From Lytechinus pictus (Eukaryota), in the NCBI RefSeq assembly GCF_037042905.1, contig NC_087251.1:10294001-10358000 (forward strand): a DNA stretch of 64,000 nucleotides, in the 5' to 3' direction. Positions within the stretch are counted from its first letter, which is position 1. Every line of letters starts with the position of its first letter. Made by a program: the position numbers and the translations under genes. Shown here piece after piece: positions 38,901 through 52,000 of this stretch. Under the pieces are notes generated by a model, which was given only the letters and a program-made list of their open reading frames with translations, was not told where the DNA came from and did not search any database.

Positions 38901-40001
38901 AGAAGTTTGAGAACACGAAGGTCCTTCGATGCATGCATCTCAAGGATGAACTAGTATTAAGCGTAAATCTTTGAAATCATACACTTGACAAACAGTATCA
39001 TATGATGAGGGAGTTTGGTTAGAGAGGAGGGATAGTATAGACAATTATGCTCCTGGCTCTGATGACTGATACCAATATATGGTCAGAAAAATGGTGTCCA
39101 TGATGAAAGAGAAATATACAGAGACTGGAGGAAAACTGAAATGTAGATTTCCATAAAGTAGGAGAAAGAGGTCAATCTTATTGAAAAATCACAAGGATAG
39201 ATCTAAAAAGAAATTTTGTAAGAGAAATTTTCTGGTTGTTAAAATCATCGAAAATGTATCACACTTACGGATAATCTAAAATGGGTGTTTTTATTTGAAA
39301 GAAATGTGAGAAAAAAGAACATTGCACTAATAACTATTGAGAAAAAAGGTAGTTTGTGTTGTAATATTGAAGAAATTTAATCCAGGACATCCTCATGCCC
39401 AAAGGAATCAGAAAAAAGGAGCATTAAATCAGTGCTTGTGGTTAAGGCAAGTGAGCAGGAGAGGGGGGGGGGGGGGAATGAGAGAAAGAAAGTTTGTTTG
39501 TGGGTGTGTGTTAATGGGAGAAAAGTATAGGGGGAGAAACAAAGAAAGAGAAAGAGAATGTGTGTGTTCAAGAGTGAGAAAAGGATGGACATTGTTAAAT
39601 TATGGTATTTACAAAGCAAGAGTGAGGGAGAAAAAGAAAATATGGCAAATCAAGAGTAGCAGAACGAATTAACTATAAAGAAAATCAACTTTTAAAAGTT
39701 ACAGTTGACTGCCTCTAAACTGCTCTCATTTTACCTCTCTCAATTTTCTCAATTAATCTTAATATGGAGTGTTGAATCATGATATTAAATAGGCAAGAGT
39801 GAGGAGTGAAAGAGGATGTCTAATACAGCAAAATAAAAATAAATAAAAGGAGTGAACTAAAATTGTTTTCCCTTTTTACAGTTAACCTACTCCTAGTACC
39901 TCTTCTTATCCTATCTGCTTTCACTCCAGCCACTTCTTCACTGTCTTCTATCTAAACTTCTCTTTTTCTTTAAACTTCCACTTCAACAATCTCTGTATCT
40001 A

Positions 40002-40466
40002 TGAGGCTGTTCTCACTCAGTTCCTTAAACTAGTTTAGTGGAAACTAGTTTAGTGGAAACTAGTTTAACGCTAAGTGAGAACGGTCGAAGCGCTCTTGGA
40101 AGCGCTCTTCCAAACCAGTTTGGAAGACCACCTCGCGATGTAGTTTTCAAGATCGCTTCGCATCGGAAAAGTGGTTTTAGCGTAAGTGAGGACACAACCG
40201 TTCTTCGGGAAGCGATCTTCGCACATTTTGAGCGCGCTACTCCACACGACAGGTGTAGAATGCCTATGCTGCGGTTTCGAATTTCGCGCGAAACGTGTCT
40301 CCCCACTGAGAGCGTTTCCATAGCAACAAGAGCGCTATACGTGAAGTGATTTTGAAAACCACTTTCGTGTGATCAAGTGAGAACGCTAGCAAAGCGATCT
40401 TCCAAACTGGCTTTCTGAACCGGTTCCCAGTAAACTAGTTTTAGGAACGTAGTGAGAACAGCCTCA
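40002..40466. mobile_element. Young GC/CpG-rich PIF/Harbinger-like MITE
   Basis: Perfect 16-bp IR tgaggctgttctcact / agtgagaacagcctca; repeated gtgagaac motif; 15-bp tandem aaactagtttagtgg. Confidence 0.8.
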
Positions 40467-42625
40467 AATTCTCTTTCTCCTCCTATCCCATCACCTTCTA
40501 TCTCTCCCTCACGCTGTCTGCAAACTTCACTTTTAGAGGTCAGATCAAAATGAAGAATACTAAGAAAAGGGGCTTGGAGGAAGATGGAGACATGTCTAAA
40601 CAGGCACTTGCCCCGAGTCTTTGATTGTTGAAGAGCGTGCATGACCAGTGCTCTCTTGAATCAAGGGTATACCACAGGCACCTTCCAAGATGACAATGAC
40701 ACAATCATTATGTGCTTACAGAATCAAGTATGCTTGGGGCACAGGCGAACCTCAAACAAGGCCGGCTGGGAGTATTTATGGGATTCTGCGCTGGTTTGGT
40801 CACGCAGCAATATTTGCCTGTTGTCAGTGTTCCTAATATGTGGTTTAGTGCGATGGCTAGATGACAGTAACATCGGTTCGGCAATCTTTTGATCGGGGTA
40901 TCAAATCACATTCCCTGCCATTCTCTTGGTCTCCAGTAATCACCATTATAAATGTGAAAATAGATATTACGATGCTCTCTAATCTAAAAAGAGATCTGGC
41001 AACATTAACATACTTGATCAGATTGTACAATCAACATTTATCACCAACATGCTATATCATGTACCCAAACCCACCTGTGCATCATATATAATGCAGGATA
41101 AAGTACAGTCGATATATCTTTTGGCATTGTCTACAAAAACCCCAGAGTATGTACCCATACATAATTTATATACATGTATTCAACAATCCTACATCATGGC
41201 CTATCATCAAACAGCTAGCGGAGATAACTGTTAAATGATCACTCTTGATTTCACATGAGCAGGATAGCAAGGGGATGATACGGTCCAGTAGTAGGACTCT
41301 AGAATACCAAAAGGGGAATTTGACTCAAGAAGATTACACCCTGGCACTCTAGAAAGCCCTTGGCAGCCTACTAGTCAGACAGTATTACAAGGAAACCCTT
41401 TGGGAACCTCTCACACTTTCTAGAAAGCACTCATGTGATAATGATACACCTTAAACCCTAGTGGCTGTTCAGGTATCAAATACGCAAAACATGTTATATC
41501 TTTTGTCACTCAAAAACTTCACATTTAACTTTCCTCCTTAGTTTTCCTTTTTTAAAAAGACAAAACAAAATGATACATTTGACGAATCAAGGAAGTTAAA
41601 ACTGGCACAATGTATTGTGTCTTTTATGAAGTCTGAATCTAAATTTCTGTCAATGTGTACTCAAGACCAATCAGCTAAATCTGCAATTAATATCATATAA
41701 ATCTGTTTGAAAAAAAGTAACAATTAAATGAAAAAATGAAATAAAAAAAATTGTACAACTTTTTTGCTATCTAGAATAGGTGACAGGAATTTTAATATTC
41801 AACTTGACAAAGTGATTTTATATTATTGTTCAAATTTCATTTACTACCGTAATGGTCTAATTCTCTGTATTATCATATGACATGGGGATTATTACCCACT
41901 GACCGGGGGAATTTTATTTTTCATTTTATACATTAAAAATCCCCTCAGTATACAAGATGATGAAATAATGGACCCTTTGATTTCACACTGTTTTTATCAT
42001 CGGTCATCACTATCAATTTAGCCTCAACTACTATTATTTCAAAGATTATGAAGTGTAGAAAGATATTCAATACTGGTTTCAATCATGTCTAATTCTATTT
42101 TCATAGAGATATTTCAATTCAAATTTACAAAATACAGGCATAGAAAGGTAGAGAAAATGAAACAATCATAAAAAGAAAAATGGAAAAGATAAAGAAAAAT
42201 GTAAAATATAGGGACAGAAAATAAAGAGGGAGAAAGAGAATGACAGACAGAGAGAGAGAATGAAAGAGAAAGAGAGGGAGATGGTGGAGCAATTTCAATT
42301 TATAGATTTTTCAAGGAAAGAATTATACCTGATTCTTCCAATCTTTGAAGAGAGCACTAACAACATGTAATCAGAAGAAGTGAATATCAGCAAACATTAC
42401 ATCAAAAGAAGAAGAATATAAGACACAATTTGAGACTGTCATCTATATGTTCCGATTTACGTAATTATTAGACGATGCTGGCGGGAGAAAAGTATACCTG
42501 AATTACAAGGGTAAAAAGAAGAAAAAAGACACCATTTACCCAGAGGCACAGCTTTCCTTGCAAGAAAGAAAAAGATTCCATTGTTTACGAGATGGCAATT
42601 ATCTTTCTGCATGTCATCAGTCCTT

Positions 42626-42929
42626 GGCCAATAGTCTGATGTCAGGTTTAACTTATACAACGGTCTAACTCTGTTAAAAAATTATGGGGACCTAAAAATT
42701 CAAAAATTTTGTTTATATTGTACATTTCTTACGTTTACTATTTTATTTCCTTCTGCTTTTATAAAGAAAAATACTTCAGTTATCATTTCCAGGTAATTAT
42801 GAATAATTTGGGTGTCATATGATTTATTAAATTGAATGTGTACTGTTAGGGATTTGTGCCTCAATTGGCCCTCCATAGTTAGACCACAAATTTACGCCAG
42901 GGTTTAATTTAAACCTAAGAATATGGGCC
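42626..42929. mobile_element. Degenerate MITE with ggcc ends
   Basis: ggccaatagtct..ggtttaac..ggtctaact vs agttagacc..ttaaacct..agaatatgggcc. Confidence 0.55.
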
Positions 42930-45900
42930 ATTGTCTGTAATCTAACAGAGAATGAAGAGGTCATGAAGCAAAATGAAAAGTGGGAGTAAATAAAAAACAA
43001 CAAAAATGAAGAAAAAAAGTAAGTACGAGAAGAGAGAGAAAATAAATTTCCTGCACATCCTAAAGTCAGGAAGGAGTTGCTTACCCCTACAGATATCATG
43101 TTCAGCCTAGGCTTTTTGTAATTATATCATATGTGTTCATATGACCACATGGACTATATCATAATAGATGCATTATAACACATCAATACTGTTTTGACTG
43201 CATGTGCAGTGTTCTACATTTTATTCAGATTTCAGATGGTGTTCTATATTTCTAATCACTATTGGTCATCATCTTGAATCAGGAATAACCTATAAGCTAA
43301 TGGGAATTGGATACCTGATATGAGAAAGATCTAAGGTCAAACTCTAAACCAGATCATAAACATTGTAACCAGCAACACCATGCGGAAATCCCATGATCCT
43401 TAGTTCATCGCAGTAGTCTGGAGATAAATTACTCTTGCGCCCATAGTCTTCCCATCAGGATCAAACAAGAATATAATAAAGAGAAAGGAGTGGCCATTTA
43501 CAATTTGGGCTCAATCTTGAAACTCTCAACAGTCTCATATAAACACATTGTCCCTTCTAATCAGTCATGCTTTTGAAAGGTTTTCATTCTTCACTGGACT
43601 AACAAGGATACTGAACATGTTTTATAAAGTTAACAAGGTATCAAACACGTCGATGTCACTAGAAAAAAAGGATTTTCTGCAACCTGTGGGCTTATATTTG
43701 ATACAAGTATACAGTGAACTCATAACACAGGATATAACTGGGGCACTGGGCCCTTCTAAAATTATTATATTTTTGCTATTGTACAAATACAAGTGAACAA
43801 TTTTATTGCTGGTAGGGAAGTATTTCACTATATATATATATGGATTTTCCTTTCTGACCGCACCAACACCACAGACTGTAAAATCAATATATTTAAGCAT
43901 ATAGACCCAATTGAAGTGAAATATTACCTATCAATATTCACCACACAATTATTTACACAGTCAACCACATCCATCCTGTATTTTGACAATACAAAGCCAA
44001 AAATTATGGGCATATAAAATGATAATTAGTACCTCAAAATATGAGTAAGATACACTGGCTAAAAACCAAAAGATAGTAGCGTGACCACATGGTTAGGATT
44101 CAGTGTAAATCTATGCATCTCAAAGGAGATTAAGCGGTTCTTGTTTGAAACTGTGGAGGGAGTAATTAAACACAATGATGATAAATGAGTCTCTTTGGAT
44201 TTCACAACATAATCTGACGTCATGATAAAAACAAGGCTCAACTCCACTGTAAAAAAAAAAAAAAAAAATTGTATCAAACATTACAGTTTGATGTCCAAAT
44301 TACAGCCTCTAAAGGAAGATTCAGTGTAAAATGAATTCTAGAATTTCAGAGCAGTGATTAAAGAGAGATTTAATTAGTGTAAAAAAATGGTAAAAGGAAA
44401 GGCAAGAGAATGAAAAAATGAATGAAGAATGGAGATAATGTAAGAGAGAGAGAGTGAGAGAAGAAGGGGTAAAGGGAAGGGGAAAGGAAGGAGAGAGAAA
44501 GAAAGAGAGGGAGGGATAGAGAGAGGGAAAGCAAGAGAAATGGGAGAGAGAGAAATTAAGAAAAAAAAAAGCTTGAGGGAAACTCGCCCAAATAGCTAAT
44601 TTACTGATCTTTCTAACCTTCCAGGAAATAGAGTAAATGAGTACTGTAAGATATTTCTGACGTCATCTCGCCCGGAGAATCCCAAAAGCAAGATGACCAT
44701 GTCTGTCGCTTAGCAATACTAGTCATTATGCTGTATGGGAACATTTACAATTGCTTCGGAATGAAAATCAATTCTATGAAATATGAGCCACCATTCAACC
44801 CTGATGATATACTTTGCATGGGTATATAGGCCCAACATGAACAAATTCTATTAGGCAATCTGGCCTAATCAATATACCATTTGTACTGACTGAAAGTCAT
44901 CAGCGATTGTAAACAAACATAAATTTCTGAGAAATGGATTAGAAACTGTTATCATCTGGTATTTTCACTAGAGTACTGTTATGAATGGGTTTTTAAATGA
45001 AGATGTGACAGTGTCTCTCCTTTACAAGTGACTCCATTTAACATCCTATTCAAGGGATGGATATGAACTATCAGTCTATGGTCATCTCCCTATAGATAGG
45101 ATCTGACAAGCTAATGATCTTCAATAATATAAACAACTTGGCTCCCACTTATGAAACATTTAAAACAAAAAGGCAAACATTTTGTGGTTTGGCATAAGTT
45201 TTTGATGCAGAAACCAAAATATGTTATGAGAAATCTACTGTGCCCATTCTTATTAGATAAGTATCTGTAGAAATGTTTAATGATAATCACATAACAACCT
45301 CAAATTGTCACGGTTTTCCATGACAATTGGCTAATCCTGAATTTCTAAATACAGTCTTTATTAATCTGCATCCATTACTGATAATATCGAATGAAATGCT
45401 TAAAATGTTGTCAGAGAAGCTAAATGTCATGTTGCCAATATGAATAAACAATTATGTTTCGACTAAGCAATTTCCCTGAATAAACTGTGATAATAATTTC
45501 ATTCATACTCAACATCCTATCCATGTAATGCACAAAACACACATTATTTCATTATTCAATGTTAATCAGTCAATCATCCACATTCCATCTCTCAATGGCT
45601 TCAAGTACGTCATTTCCAACTCCACTTCAAAAGACCCTCAAACTCCAAGAGGCAATCAACCTTGAATTACATTTATGAATATTCTAGGGCCCACTCTTCC
45701 TCAAATCATTATACATTGATTTACAATAATTGTAATGGATTCTCATTTGAATGTCTCCCAAAAGATTACAAATTAATAATGTATTCCAACATCTTAAAAT
45801 ATCACAGAATGTTCACACAAATATATTTTTGTTGTTCATCTTGCTTTCCTGGCAAACAAATCAAAATTATACCCTGGCATTACCCAATAAAGTATACTTG

Positions 45901-46901
45901 CTTGAAAAAAAAAAGACACACAGCTGATTGACATGACAAGCTGCATTGTCAGTATAGGGGTGATATTCTTTGCGAGAGTTTCATTATGCCTTCAATACAA
46001 AATGGACAAAATGGGTTCATCAGATAAGCTAATTATTGACTGAACCAACTCTAAAACACAGCTCTATTTGTTTCTGACAGGCCTCAGAAAATTAACCTAT
46101 TTCTAGTAGCACATTTAGACTAGTATAGGTCATCTAAATACCAAGAATTTAATTTGACTTTGCTGGTATTGAAATGGCATGAGTATTGAACAGAAATGAC
46201 ATAAAGAGTACATTATCTAGATACCACTGCAAGGAATAGAATCAGGGGTGGATTTAGGTGAGGCTATCAATTAGCCTAAAATATTTTCATCTTCAATCTA
46301 TTGAAGAAAAAAAATATGCAGAAATCTACCTTACTCATTGATAGTTTACTTGCCAAAGAATTGATTGTTGACCCTCTTGTTGTGTTACCCTTTTGTTAAA
46401 GCATAACGAAAATCAGTATAGACAATCCTATACATTCCCTTATATCCACATAATTCATAATTATAATAAGTTCTCAATTAAATATCACAGATAAAATAAA
46501 TTTCCTAAACACACAAATAAATGTAAGGAATATCCCAAGAAATGTCTGATTTTATTTTCAAAAGACAAAGAAACTCCTTTTGTGAGCTATGTCTCATTTC
46601 TTGTTACGATATTTTTCATTATTTGGGGAATTTCTTTTATCTTACAAAAAATTATTTTATTTCCTGTGAAATTTTCTTTTCTTCAGTAGAATTGACAAGA
46701 GAATTTAAAAAGTGTCAACACAGATAAACTTAAGCCCATGCATTAATGAATTGCACATCACTGGTGATAATTCTTTGAATTTCTATCATTTCCCCTGTGG
46801 TGGTAAAAGAATAAGATTAAAGGATTAGTAGTTGATATGGCCTGTTAGGAGATATTTTTATGCATCAAATTGATATCTCGATTGTCCAATAATGTAATAT
46901 A

Positions 46902-47720
46902 CAGTGCGTCCCACAAAAAACGAAACCGAGATTTATCAATGATTTATCATAACTTAATCGCAAATACAATAGACAAATGACCTACCATTTTAAAGCTTAG
47001 AATCTCCTCTTTCTTCTGAAATTACTTAGATTATTTCTCATTCACGCATAAGTGAGCAAAAACAATTTGAAAAGGGGATACCAAAAAGTCACTTGGCGGG
47101 CCCTATCTGGGTTTTAAAATAAAAACCACATGTTTAAAAAGTTCAATATCTGCTCTTTACTTTGATACCTCAATTACAGAAAATGGTCAAGAAATAACAA
47201 AGTTCTGGTTATTTGAAATAAGGCTTGAATTTCAATAATTTCATAAAATGAAGAGGTTTTACAGGCTAGCGTTCAAACTCACTCGACACTCCGTTTTGTT
47301 GAAGATCAGCCATGCATTAAGTCTTTTGTTACCGTGCGATAGCTTCTGTGGGAAACCGGTGAAAACACGTTTATTTAATGAAATTATGGAAATACAAGCA
47401 TTGTTTCGAGGGATCATAACTTTTTTACTACTTGACCATTTTCTGTGATTTAGGTATCAAAGAAAAGAGAAGATATTGAACCTTTTAGTCATGTGATTTT
47501 CTTTTTGAAATTTAGATACCCCCCGCCAAATGAGTTTTTGGCATCCTTTCTTCGAATTGTTTTTGCTCAATCATGCGTGAATAAGGAATAATCTAAGTAA
47601 TACCAGATGAAAGAGGAGATTCTAAGCTTTACATTGGTAGGTCATTTGTCTATTTTATTTATGATTAAGTTATGATAAATCATCGCTAAATCTCGGTTTC
47701 GTTTTTTCTGGGACGCACTG
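46902..47720. mobile_element. Tc1/mariner-type MITE, nearly fully palindromic, TA TSD
   Basis: ta|cagtgcgtcccacaaaaaacgaaaccgagattta ... taaatctcggtttcgttttttctgggacgcactg|ta. Confidence 0.9.
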
Positions 47721-48991
47721 TATATTAAACAAAATCATCATTGCAGCTTCACAGAAATTCCCTAATTCCATCAGGAGCCTCTCAAAATTAATATACCTCA
47801 ATAATATTACTGGCTGGAGTGCTATAATGTTATTTATATAATGTCTATCACAACTACAAAAAAAAAACAATCCTTACACCAAATAAGAAATGAAATCATA
47901 TGCATATTCAAATATAAGAAGAATAATTTTCCAGCATCTTTGCCTCTGTATTGAAATTAGTTTTTGTTTGGAGGCTGAGGCATTTATAAATATAAATAAA
48001 ATATACTAGTATAAAAAAAATATATATATTGCATTCCACGTGTTGGACACAGATGAGATAAAAGAAACAAAGAGGTAATGCATTGCAGTTCCAACAAAGT
48101 TTATTTCCAAGTCAAATTTTTGACGCAAACCTTACATCTTCGTCAGGGATACAAAGCTCTCAGTCAGCTGTGAGCTTTAAGTGGATTTTCTGTGTCATTC
48201 TTTGATTCGGCTTCTATAACACTATGTACATTATTTACAACTCATAAACTCATCATGAGATATGAATTCAAGGAGCCAATACAATACAATACAATATAAT
48301 GCAATACAATACAATACCCCTGCAATGAAATATTTTGCAATACCTCTCTTTTTCTTGATCTGGTTTTCTATCTTTTTTTCTCTATACCACAGACACAAAC
48401 AGACTCTGATTAACAGGAGGTTGATTATTAGGTCCTATTCAAGTCTCCAACCTTTTAATTGGGTGTTGAGGTGAAACACAGGTCTTGGTGAAACAGAACA
48501 AACCTAATTGCCTTCTCTTTTAATATAGAAGACCTCTACAGCAACTGAATGCGCAAAATGAAAGATGCTGCATACCTCGTTTGATTGCAAAATGTGATTT
48601 CTATATGATTCTTATCTCTTCACTTGCTGATTAAATCTTTTGAATGTATCAACATGAATGCATTAGAACATACTTCCATATAAAAAAAATCACTATACTG
48701 ACAATGATTCCCCTATTTATCTTGAGATTATTCAAAGTTCCCCAACAGCACTTTGTTTCAATAACAATTGTTGTCAAGAAACAGTAATTTCATCAAAACA
48801 TCATAATACAAACAAAATATTATCTTTAGATATCACTTATTCATTGTCTCCTGAAAAAAAAAAGAAAAAAAGAAAAGGGTCCTTAAAAGTCTAAAAGACT
48901 ACTTTACTTTAATCCATTTTGACAGGCAACCACCTATGTTTTGGAGGCTATTCTCGTATCCTTGTATAGATAGAACTTGCAATGTACTTCT

Positions 48992-49082
48992 CTGAAGCAC
49001 CTCGAGCATCTAATTAAGATGGAAAGTGCGCTATACAAATTCTATGTATTATAATTATTATTATTATCATTATTATTAATAT
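48992..49082 (+). repeat. SINE/L2-type 3' tail remnant (same family inverted at 63171-63230)
   Basis: tgaagcacctcgagcatctaattaagatggaaagtgcgctatacaa..(ATT)n; reverse complement matches 63171-63230. Confidence 0.6.
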
Positions 49083-52000
49083 TCTTACTTTGAAAAGAAA
49101 TAATAAGTCTCTTTAAATTCCACAAAATCATCTTTGCAGGCATTTGATGCTTAATGCACTCATCTCTGAATGATTTTGGAAATTGTTAAAATCCGACAAT
49201 GATTTTGAACTAAATTTATCTACTTTCTCCTCTACTGATGTGATTTGAACATTTAGTGGTGAAAGACATACAAGAAAGGACAACTATTTCCATAGTCTTT
49301 TGATTTTATATGTATTGTTCACATTTATCTATAATCTGAACATTTCAGTCCATTTTCATCATCAGAGAATTAGAGAATTATAAAAAAATAAAATAAAGAA
49401 ATGGCTAGAATTCATGAAATATGATGACCCATCCTGCATTTTTTCCATATCAAACTTCAAAAATTTTCGTTGTGAGTGATGCAAAGAATGAAATAAAGCA
49501 GTAGTTGCTAATCAAATTAAAGCATTTTACCAAATAAAAAGATTTAACTTTATGTTATAAAGCACTAATTTTGATAAGTAAAAATTGTAGTGTAAAAAAC
49601 AAAACAGATAATACACTATTACAACCTATCACTTTTGCACAATAAAACATCTTGCCTATTTCAATAACAAATCACATGCCTCTAATTTCATCATTTTGCT
49701 TTAATAATTGTCTTAACATGTTCTTATGTCCTTCAATTTATCTCATTTTCGTTGTGGAAATATCCTGAAAATCAAATATAAATCGCATAATGTGGATGTC
49801 TGCTGTAGCACTAAACAAACCAGTGCTTTGAAAGTGGTTAAGGATGACCAGTAATTGTGATATCAATACCTCTGTATTGGTAAACCACAACCATAATCTT
49901 ATTCAAAACTGAGTGGATTGAGAAAGAAAAAGTGGTAGACAGATAAAAAAAGAAATAAAGAAAATAAGAAAAGAAAAAATGAATAAAGACAGATTGAGAA
50001 AGAGGTAGAGAGATGGATATGATGATGAAGATGAACAACACTGGCTTAGTGCCATTTATCTGTTTACAACGTTCAAATGTGCTGAAATAGATGGAGAGAG
50101 AGAGAGAAAAGGAGGCAACAGATATAGGGATATAACATGGGTTATATTACATTTTAAACAAGAGAGTACTAAAGAAAATACAATAACTGTTATTTTTTAG
50201 ATTTCAACCTTCAACAATCTACTTTGTAAAACTATATATTGTATTTATCCTTTTGAAATTGATCTAAAGTTATTGCAAATCCTGATTATAACTAGAGTGG
50301 AATTCGCAATGTCTGCTTTGTTATAAACAACACTCACGCCAATTTAGTCATCAAATCTAATGTTAGAGATGATTAAAGTCAAGGTAACTGAATTTATTTA
50401 AATGTATTTTTTACTTGGCTTCAACAGCTTTAACTAGATACAATTTTGTTTAATGTTCTGCATTTTGATCAATTTCTTACTATTCCTTGTTGATTAAGAG
50501 GTTTGAAATGAAATGTCACAAGGCACACTTACCTTTTGTGCCTGTACCTATAAAATACCCTAGTTATCAAAGAATGTTTGGTGAGTATACAGGACTAGGG
50601 TTGCTATATCAGACTCCCTCAGGTGATATGGAATGACAGTATTCACTCAACCCTAAGAGCTAGTTTACCTTACAGAACTTGACACTTCTCAGCCAGGTCC
50701 CCCCATTCTCCATTTTAACTGATTATTCTCAAGAGACCGATCCAACTGCCATCTTTCTTGCCGTTGTATTCCATTCTGACTTTTTTTATATCTAAGAAAT
50801 CTATTCTATGGTCACTGGATTAAATTTGGTAAATTTGAGACCAGCAAGATTGCTGAAAATATACTTGAGAGGGTGTTTGCGATCCAGATTCATAAAACAC
50901 TTTGTGAGAGCTACTGCAAATGCTTCTATGGACTAAGAAATTACATAAATTAGTATTGAATTGCATGTTTTAATATTGCAAGATTTATTCATATAAATAT
51001 TTATTTAGACGTTAAATGTTTCTCTAATTTGTCTTTATAGATTCTAAACTTATCCTTCAAAATAATACTTACAAATGTGTTCTTTTATGTAGAAATCTTA
51101 AGGCTAAATAGAGCAAAATATGTGGTTATGCTTTGACATCAGTATTCTTTGGTCCATAATAAATATATAAAAGACGGCATGTCTGGAGCTTGGATTTGAC
51201 TGTGTGACACAGAATGACGAAAAGGAAGCAACATTGCTAAAAGCCTTTTGTGATTAAAACCAAATAATTAGTATTCTTGTGGCATTGAGTTACAGGATGT
51301 AATAGGGATTGTCTGCAGGCATTTAAACTTGAATGACAATCCAAGACAAAACAATAGCTTCTTAAGAATCCATTATGCAAACACTTGTTTATGTTTGAGA
51401 TTCACATTTAAGTTCCAGCCTAGAGCTGGCATGATTTTCTAACTTCTAACAAGGACATTGGAATATTTTTACTAAACAAGATAAAAATTAACACAAATCT
51501 CAAATACTTCTTTCATGAACTAAATATCAACATTACCATCGCCGTTTGCAACAGTATCACTATTATTATTGTTACTCAAGTTTTTAATTTTTAAGTGAGA
51601 CTGAAAGAATGAAACACACACAATACATTTGCATGATAATGATTTAGTGCTCACAAACATAGGTAGTTGGGGGAATTGTTCGTACAGTAAAGAGCAAAAA
51701 TCCTTAGGTCTTCTATCACCTTGTCCAATGAAGAAATATCTAAATGGATCATACAAAATTTAAACATCAAGTAGGTACATGGATACATACAGTAATACCC
51801 CTCCCATAAGAATTCTGAATTGTTTGCATGAAAATGTATTATAAGCAAAACAATAAATATTGTGTGGATATTGTTATGTGTTAAAAAACATTGCAGTTAA
51901 TTAAAATGTGGTTCTATCGATAAAATTCATGAAATGACAGAAGACACTAATTCCTCCAGGAATGAATGTTCCTGAAAGCTTTTCTCTTAGCTTAACCACA

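Noticed and set aside
40025..40349. ~100-aa ORFs on both strands
   Set aside because: Lie inside a GC-rich MITE; no transposase motifs.
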